Made by a program: the position numbers and the translations under genes. Under the pieces are notes generated by a model. The model worked only from the letters and a program-made list of their open reading frames with translations. It was not told the DNA's origin and made no database searches. A DNA stretch of 64,000 nucleotides from positions 13,826 to 77,825 of the forward strand of contig JBBTCJ010000041.1 of assembly GCA_038043285.1 (NCBI GenBank). The letters run 5' to 3'. The stretch comes from Planctomycetota bacterium (GTDB lineage: Bacteria; Planctomycetota; Phycisphaerae; UBA1845). This document shows, piece after piece, positions 38,054 to 46,320 of this stretch (its first letter is position 1; every line of letters starts with the position of its first letter).

Positions 38054-39478
38054 ATGAGCGACGCCACGATCACCTGCGACCAAGCAATCTTCACCTCCCT
38101 TCGAGGAGTCATGGGCGAGGGCTACCGCATTGTGGCCGCGAGTCGCGGACTCAAAACCGACGAGAAGCAGGAGATCACACGCAACTCGCCATCGCATGAG
38201 TCACTTTGCGGCAACGACGATGCGGCGGTGCAGCCCTGGGCGGCGGCGTTCTACCCGCTCCCGACCAAGCGGCTTTGCGTCGCCTACTCATGCCTGGCTG
38301 GAACGGAGCACACCGGGCGCGGAGGACAACGCGTTTACACGCACAACGTGATTTTTTCTGCAGGCGACTTCGCCCGATTCTCCTACAATCCGTTCGAAGT
38401 CGTTCGCGCGATGCTGCAATCCGGGGCGGCGGCACCACAGTTGAAGCCCGCGGCCGTTCTCTCCGAGCTTGTTCTGAACCTCCCAGACGGCGGCGGCGAA
38501 GCGCTTTGCCTGACGACCCCCAAAACTCTGGCCGCCGAGTTCCGCAGGTTCGTCCTTCAACGAATTCTTCACGGCGAACCTGTCATCCTGGACATGGACG
38601 CGGCGTGGATGGAGACCGCCGAAATCGTCCTGCTGGGAATACCCAGTTCCGACAGGTGCAAGGTCTCCTTCAGCGCCGGACTGCGCTTCGCAACCGCCCG
38701 TCGCCATCGCCTACAGCTCCTGCACGATCCCAAGGGGATTGCCCGCGCCCGGACCGCGGCCCAACCCGTCGCATTCCTTGACCCCACAAAAGATCCCGTT
38801 CCCTCGACGCCAGACACGAGCTGGAACCGCTTCGTCGAGCGTCACTGGGCGCGCGGCGATTTTTCGGGACTTGCCCGACGCACCAATCGGCCCTTCCCGC
38901 CGCTTTCCCCGCAGGACCGCGAACGGGTCGCCGGCTTGTTCAACACCATCGACTCGCTGGCGGCACTTTCCTCGTACGAGGTTCTGTGCATCGTGGCCGA
39001 CGCCCCGCGGACCAAGCTCGACGACTACGAGGACCAACTCCGCGGGGAACTGGTCGTCGAGGCCCGCAAGGTTCTCTCTCAACGCGTCACGCGTATGAGA
39101 TGGTCCGAGGCGGAACTGTTCTGGCGACCCGCCCAGGAACTTTGGCGCCGCTCGCCGGCGGATGGCGAATTCGCCTGGCCCCTGCTGGAGGCGGTTCTGC
39201 GGATCGCCTGCTTCGAGGATCCCGTCGCCGCCGCCGAGACCGCCCTCGACCTGACCCGCGACCTCCCGGCGTGGGGCAGGAAGGAGCGCATCGAGCCGAT
39301 CCTCACGGAAGTCCTGCACCGCTTTGCCGAGCGCGCGTCGGGCGTCATGCAGCTTCATGCCGATCGCATCGCCAAACTCTGCGACGCCTGGCAGCGCGTC
39401 CGCCCGGACCACCCCGATGTGCGACGCGCCGTCGAGTCTTGCGCCGCGTGCGCCGCATCCAGAACGCATCCGTCCTGA
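38054..39478 (+). CDS. GTPase-associated protein: N-terminal alpha/beta domain resembling the 'GAP1-N' type, plus a helical C-terminal region
   Basis: ATG 38054 (alternative ATG 38012). The N-terminus 'QAIFTSLRGVMGEGYRIVAASRGL...GRGGQRVYTHNVIF' resembles the 'xxYTS..G..GFQ..A.S.G' N-domain of GTPase-associated protein 1 families, as I recall them. The remaining ~340 aa are Ala/Leu/Arg-rich helices. The gene itself is well supported. The function is inference. Confidence 0.5.
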   Translation: MSDATITCDQAIFTSLRGVMGEGYRIVAASRGLKTDEKQEITRNSPSHESLCGNDDAAVQPWAAAFYPLPTKRLCVAYSCLAGTEHTGRGGQRVYTHNVIFSAGDFARFSYNPFEVVRAMLQSGAAAPQLKPAAVLSELVLNLPDGGGEALCLTTPKTLAAEFRRFVLQRILHGEPVILDMDAAWMETAEIVLLGIPSSDRCKVSFSAGLRFATARRHRLQLLHDPKGIARARTAAQPVAFLDPTKDPVPSTPDTSWNRFVERHWARGDFSGLARRTNRPFPPLSPQDRERVAGLFNTIDSLAALSSYEVLCIVADAPRTKLDDYEDQLRGELVVEARKVLSQRVTRMRWSEAELFWRPAQELWRRSPADGEFAWPLLEAVLRIACFEDPVAAAETALDLTRDLPAWGRKERIEPILTEVLHRFAERASGVMQLHADRIAKLCDAWQRVRPDHPDVRRAVESCAACAASRTHPS

Positions 39479-39811
39479 TGCGCCGAAGGCTGCGCGCCCC
39501 GTTTCCGGCGTCATTTCCCCACCGCATCGCATCCGCCCGCTTTCCGCGACAGCCTCGTGCACCGACGCGGCCGAACTTTCGGATGACCGTCGCCTGAACA
39601 GAGCCGCGACCGTGAGGAAGCGGGCCTTTTCACCCGCAGGATTCACCGTGTCCGACCATTAGCCTCCCTCTTGCAGGCGGCATCCCCACCGCTGACAGGT
39701 CACGCCCCGCCCGATATGATTCGTTGCCGATCGGAGAGTTCCGACGCTGAATCTCGAACGCCTGCGCAATATCTAGGACGCCCGGGCGGTCTACGCTCCA
39801 AGAGAACGACC

Positions 39812-41497
39812 ATGACCACGCCGCTTATTGAATGCGTCCCTAACTTCAGCGAAGGGCGCGATCTCGGCATCATCAAGCAGATCACCGAGCGAATCGAATC
39901 CGTGGACGGCGTGAAGCTCCTGGACGTCGACCCCGGCAGAGCCACCAACCGCACCGTGGTCACCTTTGTCGGCGCCCCCGACCCGGTTTGTGAAGCCGCC
40001 TTTCGAGCCGCCCAGGCCGCCGCCGAACTCATTGACATGCGCAAGCACCAGGGCGAGCACCCGCGCTTCGGCGCGCTGGACGTCTGTCCCCTGGTTCCCG
40101 TCGCCGGAATCACCATGGATCAGACGGTCCCGTACGCCCGCCGTCTGGCCCAGCGAATCGGCGAGGAACTCGGCATCAGCATCTATTGTTACGAGTACGC
40201 CGCCTTCAGCGAACAGCGGCGCAACCTCGCTGACGTTCGCGCCGGTGAATACGAGGGGCTGAAGGAGAAACTCAGCCGCCCGGAAGGGAAGCCCGATTTC
40301 GGCCCGGTGACGTTCAACCCTCGATGCGGCGCGTCCGCGGTTGGGGCGCGCGATTTCCTCGTCGCCTACAACGTCAATCTCAACACGACGTCGACGCGCC
40401 GCGCCAATGCCATCGCCTTCGACATTCGCGAGCGAGGTCGCCCAAAAACTCACGACGGGACGCCCGTCGGCAAGCCCGTGGTTGACGAGCATGGCCAAAA
40501 GGTCTGGCAACCAGGCTCCCTGCAATCCGTCAAAGCCATCGGCTGGTATATCGAGGAATACGGCGTCGCCCAGGTTTCGATCAACCTGACCAACCTCGCC
40601 GTCACCCCGCTGCACGTCGCCTTCGACGAATGCTGCAAGGCGGCTGAGTCCCGCGGTGTGCGCGTCACCGGTTCTGAACTTGTCGGATTGGTTCCGTTGA
40701 ACGCCATGCTCGACGCCGGGCGTTACTTCCTCCGGAAGCAGCAACGATCGACCGGCGTCTCCGACAAGGAGCTGCTCAAGATCGCCGTCAAATCCCTGGG
40801 GTTGAACGATCTATGTCCGTTCGATCCCCGGAAAAAAATCATTGAATACGCCATCGGCGCTGCGTCCGCGAAGCGGCTTGTCGACATGACGGCGGAAGAG
40901 TTCGTCCACGAAACCGCCTCGGAATCGCCGGCGCCGGGAGGCGGGTCGGTCGCTGCGACCGTCGGAGCGCTCGGGGCCGCGCTCGCCACGATGGTCGCCA
41001 ATCTCTCTTGCCACAAGCGCGGCTGGGATGATCGTTGGGAAGAGTTCTCCGACTGGGCGGAGAAGGGAAAGCAACACCATGATGAGCTGATTCGACTGAT
41101 CGATGACGACACCGCCGCCTTCAACGCGCTCATGACTGCGTTCGGACTGCCCAAAGGCAGCGACGCCGAGAAAACCGAGCGCCATCGTGGCATTCAAGAA
41201 GCCACTCGGCGGGCGATGGAAGTGCCGCTTCGTGTCATGGAGGTTTCACTGGCCTCCATGGACGTCATCAAGGCCATGGCCGAGATCGGCAACCCTAACT
41301 CCGTCTCCGACGCCGGCGTCGGAGCCCTCTGCGCGCGGACCGCCGTTCTGGGAGCCTACCTGAACGTTAGAATCAACGCCGGTGGACTTGCCGACAAGAC
41401 GCTCGCCGACGAGTTGCTCACCAGAGGCAATGGGATGCGCGCACGGGCGATCGCCCTGGAGAACGAGATTCTCGATGTTGTAAACACGAAACTGTGA
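39812..41497 (+). CDS. bifunctional glutamate formimidoyltransferase / formimidoyltetrahydrofolate cyclodeaminase (FTCD-like fusion)
   Basis: ATG 39812 gives 'MTTPLIECVPNFSEGRD', the formiminotransferase N-terminus. The C-terminal ~200 aa ('SESPAPGGGSVAATVGALGAALATMVANLS') are the cyclodeaminase helical domain. 561 aa. Confidence 0.88.
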   Translation: MTTPLIECVPNFSEGRDLGIIKQITERIESVDGVKLLDVDPGRATNRTVVTFVGAPDPVCEAAFRAAQAAAELIDMRKHQGEHPRFGALDVCPLVPVAGITMDQTVPYARRLAQRIGEELGISIYCYEYAAFSEQRRNLADVRAGEYEGLKEKLSRPEGKPDFGPVTFNPRCGASAVGARDFLVAYNVNLNTTSTRRANAIAFDIRERGRPKTHDGTPVGKPVVDEHGQKVWQPGSLQSVKAIGWYIEEYGVAQVSINLTNLAVTPLHVAFDECCKAAESRGVRVTGSELVGLVPLNAMLDAGRYFLRKQQRSTGVSDKELLKIAVKSLGLNDLCPFDPRKKIIEYAIGAASAKRLVDMTAEEFVHETASESPAPGGGSVAATVGALGAALATMVANLSCHKRGWDDRWEEFSDWAEKGKQHHDELIRLIDDDTAAFNALMTAFGLPKGSDAEKTERHRGIQEATRRAMEVPLRVMEVSLASMDVIKAMAEIGNPNSVSDAGVGALCARTAVLGAYLNVRINAGGLADKTLADELLTRGNGMRARAIALENEILDVVNTKL

Positions 41498-41545
41498 TTG
41501 CCCGCGACGACGAAGCCGACTCCTGCACGCAGGAAGACGCTGCGC

Positions 41546-42253
41546 CTAACACCGGGCGACCTTCCGCTTCACGCCGAGACGGCCCATCGACTCAATCTTG
41601 GCGATCGTTTCCAGCGCTGGCGGCACCCTGCAGTCCGTGCCCCCCATCTCCACCTCCACTTTGCCGATTCGCTTGGCAGCCGCCTTGGCCCTGGTGATGA
41701 GCGGCTTGACGGCACTCCCGACCGCGATGACGAAGTTGTTCATGCAATAACGAACACGATGGGGAGCGTCGTGGATCTCTCTGGTCACGCGATCAAGCAA
41801 TCCGCTGATCTCATCCAGGTCAAGTTCCGCGTCGGGCCGAACGGCGACCCACGCCGCGATGGTGTTCCATCCGCAGCTTGCAATCGACTCTTCGCGCGAA
41901 TCGATCCACTTCAACGCAAGCTGGCGCCCGGCGGGACTTTCGGTCGCCACCCAGGGAACCGAATACTCCGAAACCATCTTCCAGGACGCCCCCTTGGCCC
42001 AGGAATTGAGCTCCTTCTTGGACATGCGACTCCCGTTGGCGACAAGCCCCGCGAGGTACATCGCGTCGAGGTTGCCGGTTTCGTAGAGCTGCAAGGCAAG
42101 GGCCTGGTCGCCCTTGATCTTCTTGGCCACGACCTTCAGATCGCCGATCTTCACACCGAACATTGGTCCGTCAGCGCCGTGTCGGCACAATGTCTTGCGA
42201 GTTTGCTCACTTCCCAGGCGCTCCAGCTCGGTCATCACTTCCTTTAGAGTCAT
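41546..42253 (-). CDS. DNA alkylation repair enzyme (AlkD-like HEAT-repeat protein)
   Basis: ATG 42253 gives 'MTLKEVMTELERLGSEQTRKTLCRHGA...MFGVKIGDLKVVAKKI...ALQLYETGNLDAMYLAG', which matches the DNA-alkylation-repair family layout. 235 aa. Confidence 0.75.
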   Translation of the reverse strand: MTLKEVMTELERLGSEQTRKTLCRHGADGPMFGVKIGDLKVVAKKIKGDQALALQLYETGNLDAMYLAGLVANGSRMSKKELNSWAKGASWKMVSEYSVPWVATESPAGRQLALKWIDSREESIASCGWNTIAAWVAVRPDAELDLDEISGLLDRVTREIHDAPHRVRYCMNNFVIAVGSAVKPLITRAKAAAKRIGKVEVEMGGTDCRVPPALETIAKIESMGRLGVKRKVARC

Positions 42254-42347
42254 CTGGCATCCCCACCCGCGCGACGACCTCCGCACGGGGTACGATTCAG
42301 TGTTCCCAAGCAGGTCCGCATTCGCGGATCGTGCATCCAGACACCCG

Positions 42348-43490
42348 CTACTTGCCCACCCGTTTCGACTGTATCCGGTTGGCCTTGAGATCAACGATTT
42401 CGATGATCGCGGCGAACTCGTCGCCGGTCAGCCGCTCCGCGAGGTCAGTCGCGGTCATCTTGCCGCGAATCTGGAACGTCGCGATGCCCTTGGTCAGCGA
42501 TGAATTGATGTCCGAAATGCGATCCGGGTCCAGCTTCTCGATCATTTTCTTGAGCTTGACCATGTCGCCCATGTTCATCCCCTCGACCTCCAGGGTGATC
42601 TCTCCGCCGGCGCTGATCTGTGTCGCCCAGAACCTCATGCAGTTCTGGTACAACCGCTCGACCAGCTCTTGCCCGGCGTTTTCGAGGGCCTTTTTTCCCG
42701 CCTGAGGCGACAGGGTGTTGTAGCCCCGCGCGCCGCCGCGCCAATTGGCCAACGACTCGCTGGCGATCAGTTGAGCGCTGTCGGTGTAAAACATCTTGAT
42801 CATGCCGTCGCCGTTGTACATCATCAGATCCTGCCCGGCGACATGGCTCAGTCCAGCCGCGTTCGCCTGCGCCGTCCCGGTGATGAAAATCTGCGTGCCG
42901 AAGTCCTTAGCGAGGGCCTGCATCTTGGCGATGTTGTCCTCGGAGGCCGCATCCCCCGCTTCCTTCTCGGCGATCAACTTCAGTTGGGCCCCGGCGTAGA
43001 CCTTGAACCCCGCCTGGATCAGGCGATTCTCAAGCTGCGATTCCAAAATGCTGCTGTCCTGAATGATTCCGTCGATGCGCTCCAGAACGTGAATCGCAAT
43101 GCCCGGTCGGCCAAGTTGCGAGAGCACGTTCTGCACCTCGCCCCACGTCGAGGCGATCGCCGACTTGCTCACCTTGGCCTTGATCTTGCAGTAGAAGGTT
43201 CCACCCGCCCCCTCCCCTTTTTCGACGACCTGATAGTCCTTCACGATTCCGTCGGCCCGGGCGAAGATCGTGTCCCGCACCAGCTGAAAGTCCTTGACCT
43301 CGCTCCGTGAGGATATCTCGGTTCCGCCGCCCTGCTCCAACGCCCTTCGCAGCGCGTCGCGCCGGGCCCCGTCTTCGCTGACGCCTTCGCCGGTCACCTG
43401 CACTTCGACGACCTCCTGGGCCGCCGCCGCCGATGCCAGGGACAGAATCGCCGTCACCACCAACCATTCTCCAGCCCGCCGAATAACCAT
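42348..43490 (-). CDS. secreted protein with LPP20/FlgT-like N-terminal domain
   Basis: ATG 43490 gives the signal peptide 'MVIRRAGEWLVVTAILSLASAAAAQE'. The following 'VTGEGVSEDGARRDALRRALEQ...IVKDYQVVEKGE...YCKIKAKV' resembles LPP20-type lipoprotein domains. The rest is unassigned. Confidence 0.45.
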   Translation of the reverse strand: MVIRRAGEWLVVTAILSLASAAAAQEVVEVQVTGEGVSEDGARRDALRRALEQGGGTEISSRSEVKDFQLVRDTIFARADGIVKDYQVVEKGEGAGGTFYCKIKAKVSKSAIASTWGEVQNVLSQLGRPGIAIHVLERIDGIIQDSSILESQLENRLIQAGFKVYAGAQLKLIAEKEAGDAASEDNIAKMQALAKDFGTQIFITGTAQANAAGLSHVAGQDLMMYNGDGMIKMFYTDSAQLIASESLANWRGGARGYNTLSPQAGKKALENAGQELVERLYQNCMRFWATQISAGGEITLEVEGMNMGDMVKLKKMIEKLDPDRISDINSSLTKGIATFQIRGKMTATDLAERLTGDEFAAIIEIVDLKANRIQSKRVGK

Positions 43491-43925
43491 GGCCCTTCTC
43501 CTTGGTTCTGAGGAATCCCGCGCCCGCGAACGATACCTTCCCGCGCCGATCGCCATTCTAGCACTGCGTCGAATCCTGGCGACTCAGCCAAACAGGCTCT
43601 TCTCCATCACCCTCCGCCGGATTTTCCTTCCCCCCTTCGATCACGCCTGGTCTTTCAACCGCCCTGCAGAAACGAACCCGCATCCGTGGCCGATAAGCCC
43701 GCGTGGAGCCCCTCCGTCCGACCCCCGGCCGCCGGCGCAAAACCCGACGGCGCATGAGTCGCGGCGACCGGCCCAGCCCTTGAACGACGTGGGCAAAACC
43801 GCGATAATTGCTGGTGCGAGGATCGTTCATCGCCGCGCCAATCTTTACCGCGCCGCGGCGGATGCCGGCCATGGGCGACGCGAATGGCCGGCGCATTCCC
43901 GCGAACCGTCCTCTCGGGGGTCAAC

Positions 43926-46172
43926 ATGCTACGTCGCACGCCGTCAAGCCTGGCTTTCTTCATGGCGACCATCGCCGTCGGAGCGGCGACGGCCGCACCG
44001 CCCTTCTTGACTTACACCGCGCAGAGCATCGTTCCACCTGACTCCTCTAAGGCGGCGGAGCTTGCGCTGGCTGCCGCGGAAATCCTGAACCTTCGCCGCT
44101 GCGAGATTCTCACGTTTCCTCCTGTCCAGACAGCGGACGTCGGAACAGCGTTAGTCCTTCCCCTCGACGGCGAAATGGCCCTGGCACAGCTTTGGCCCCA
44201 TTCCGTCCGCGGCGCAACCTACCAACTGCTCGCCCAGGTTGAAGGCGGGGCCCTCGTCGAGGTCGATCCGGGCCTACCGCGCACCTACCGTGGTCGGGTG
44301 GGCACGGACGGAACGGTGATCGCCGCGATGCTCGACGAGGCGGGGCTTCGCGGGTTGATCCTGCGCCCCGACGGACGGCGGAGTTGGATCGAACCCGTTC
44401 CAACGCAGGTCGGCGGCGCAGCACTTGGCTACCACGTCGTGTACTCCGATCAGGATGTCATCGAATCGGGCGGGTCTTGCGGCGTAGCCCATGACTCAGC
44501 CGTCGTGAACGACTCGGCGCAGAGCAAACCCCATCCCTGGCCGGCGTCCGGCGATAGGGAAAACGCCGCGGCTGGAACGACCAACGACACTTGGTTCGCC
44601 GAACTCGCGCTGGACGCGGATTATGAATACTATCAACGCTACGGCTCGATCAGCGCGGCCGTCGCGCAGATGGAATCCATCATTGACGTGACCAATATCC
44701 AGTACGAGCGCGACGTGGGTATTCAACACACCATCACGCGGATCATCGTTCGCACGACGGAGCCGGACCCCTATTCCTCGCGCGACCCCAGCACGCTGCT
44801 CGATCAGTTCCGTAACCACTGGTATGCGGCGCAGAGCACCGTCGCTCGCGACGTCGCCCATCTCTTTACCAGCAAGGTTCTTCTCAACGAGATTCTCGGC
44901 ATCGCTTACATCACCGGGATTTGTTCCGACGTCGAGGGTTACAGCCTGGTGTCCGACTCCGTGGGTTGCGCCACCTTCGCGTGCAAGACGAATCTCACCG
45001 CCCACGAGTTGGGTCACAACTGGGGCGCCGGGCACTGCAACTGCCCCAACACGACGATGTACCCAACGCCCCAATCGGCGAACGTCTTCGATCCGAGCGT
45101 GAGTGTGCCGCAGATCATCACCTATCGCGACACGCGGACGTGCCTGTTTCAGGGCGACGTACTCCTCGATCTGGCGTTAAGCTCCCTCGACGATTCCGTA
45201 GCCGAGGAGAACAGCCTGCAGCTCCTCGCCCGTGCTGACTTTCAGTTCGGCCGAACCACGGACGTGACCACGGAAGTCACCTGGTCAATCGAGCCGCCGG
45301 AGGTCGGCGTAATCGACGCCAGTGGTCGGTTCTTCCCCCAACCCGTCGACGGACCGACGGACGTAAACGTCCAAGCGTCCTACACGTTCGACGGCCTCCT
45401 CCAACAGGCCCAACGGACGGTGACCATCGTGGACCGCCTGGCCGCTCCGCTCGCCGACCCGATCGACCCGGAGAAGGTCCGCTATCTCACCTTCGCCGTG
45501 CCGCCCGGAACCGGCGCGTCGGCGATCCGCCTGGACCTCGTCTCCCTCCATCATCCCGATCCGGCGAATGTGCCGGGAACCCACACCCGCAGCTTCGCGG
45601 CGTTCGAAGGAAAAACCCTTTGGGTCGGACCACCGTCCATCTGTCCCTCGACTTCGGATCCGACGGTCCCGAGGTTCACCTGTGCGCGGCTGTCCTGTAC
45701 GCCGTACTACGCAACCGACTGGGGCGACCAGAGCGTTTACGTCACGGACCCGGAAGTCATCCCCAGCTCCTCGTATCGACTGACGTTCATTCCTGCGGTG
45801 TGCAACGGGCGGGAGAACGACTGCCCGTTCGCATCGCATTCGCTACCCATCGCCACGAATCGATGGGGCGACCTGGCGCCGGTGTTTCAAACTCCGGGAG
45901 GGGCTTCGGGTACCGCCACGCAACCCAACGTGCTGGACATCGCCGCATTGGTCGAGCGGGTCGCCGGAATCCCCAGCGCGGTGCATCAGTCCCGGACGCA
46001 GCTGTATCCCAACCGCGTCAACTTCTCCGCGACCGGTCCGAACGTCCTGGACATCGCCTATGTCGTCGACGCGCTGAAGGGCGCCTCGTACCCCTTCCAA
46101 GGTCCGTGTACTTGCCCGCCGATCGCAGTCTGTCCCGGCTCGGATATTTGCGGACGCTGCCGCGTCGAATAG
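43926..46172 (+). CDS. secreted metzincin zinc metalloprotease (reprolysin/M12B-like) with Cys-rich C-terminus
   Basis: ATG 43926 gives the signal peptide 'MLRRTPSSLAFFMATIAVGAATAAPP'. 'TAHELGHNWGAGHC' is the HExxHxxGxxH metzincin motif. The C-terminus carries a duplicated 'PNVLDIA' motif and ends 'CTCPPIAVCPGSDICGRCRVE'. Confidence 0.75.
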   Translation: MLRRTPSSLAFFMATIAVGAATAAPPFLTYTAQSIVPPDSSKAAELALAAAEILNLRRCEILTFPPVQTADVGTALVLPLDGEMALAQLWPHSVRGATYQLLAQVEGGALVEVDPGLPRTYRGRVGTDGTVIAAMLDEAGLRGLILRPDGRRSWIEPVPTQVGGAALGYHVVYSDQDVIESGGSCGVAHDSAVVNDSAQSKPHPWPASGDRENAAAGTTNDTWFAELALDADYEYYQRYGSISAAVAQMESIIDVTNIQYERDVGIQHTITRIIVRTTEPDPYSSRDPSTLLDQFRNHWYAAQSTVARDVAHLFTSKVLLNEILGIAYITGICSDVEGYSLVSDSVGCATFACKTNLTAHELGHNWGAGHCNCPNTTMYPTPQSANVFDPSVSVPQIITYRDTRTCLFQGDVLLDLALSSLDDSVAEENSLQLLARADFQFGRTTDVTTEVTWSIEPPEVGVIDASGRFFPQPVDGPTDVNVQASYTFDGLLQQAQRTVTIVDRLAAPLADPIDPEKVRYLTFAVPPGTGASAIRLDLVSLHHPDPANVPGTHTRSFAAFEGKTLWVGPPSICPSTSDPTVPRFTCARLSCTPYYATDWGDQSVYVTDPEVIPSSSYRLTFIPAVCNGRENDCPFASHSLPIATNRWGDLAPVFQTPGGASGTATQPNVLDIAALVERVAGIPSAVHQSRTQLYPNRVNFSATGPNVLDIAYVVDALKGASYPFQGPCTCPPIAVCPGSDICGRCRVE
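45924..46080 (+). repeat. two copies of a ~14-codon motif inside the metzincin C-terminal region
   Basis: CCCAACGTGCTGGACATCGCCGCATTGGTCGAGCGG at ~45924 and CCGAACGTCCTGGACATCGCCTATGTCGTCGACGCG at ~46038. They encode 'PNVLDIAALVERVAG' and 'PNVLDIAYVVDALKG', a dockerin-like paired repeat. Confidence 0.5.
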
Positions 46173-46320
46173 TCCCCACACATCCGTTGTCTCTCTTCAG
46201 CCGCGGCGTTCGCTGACCGATCGCTCATTCGTGGAAACGCGCCTCCGTGATTCTCTCGAGAAGCCTGGCCGCGCCGCGTACTTGGCTGGACATTCAACCG
46301 TGGCCTACGATCCGATAACC

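Noticed and set aside
39620-39637. Possible terminator hairpin after the GAP1-like gene (GCGGG-ccttttca-CCCGC)
   Set aside because: The stem is only 5 bp with an 8-nt loop and no U-tract. This is too weak to annotate.
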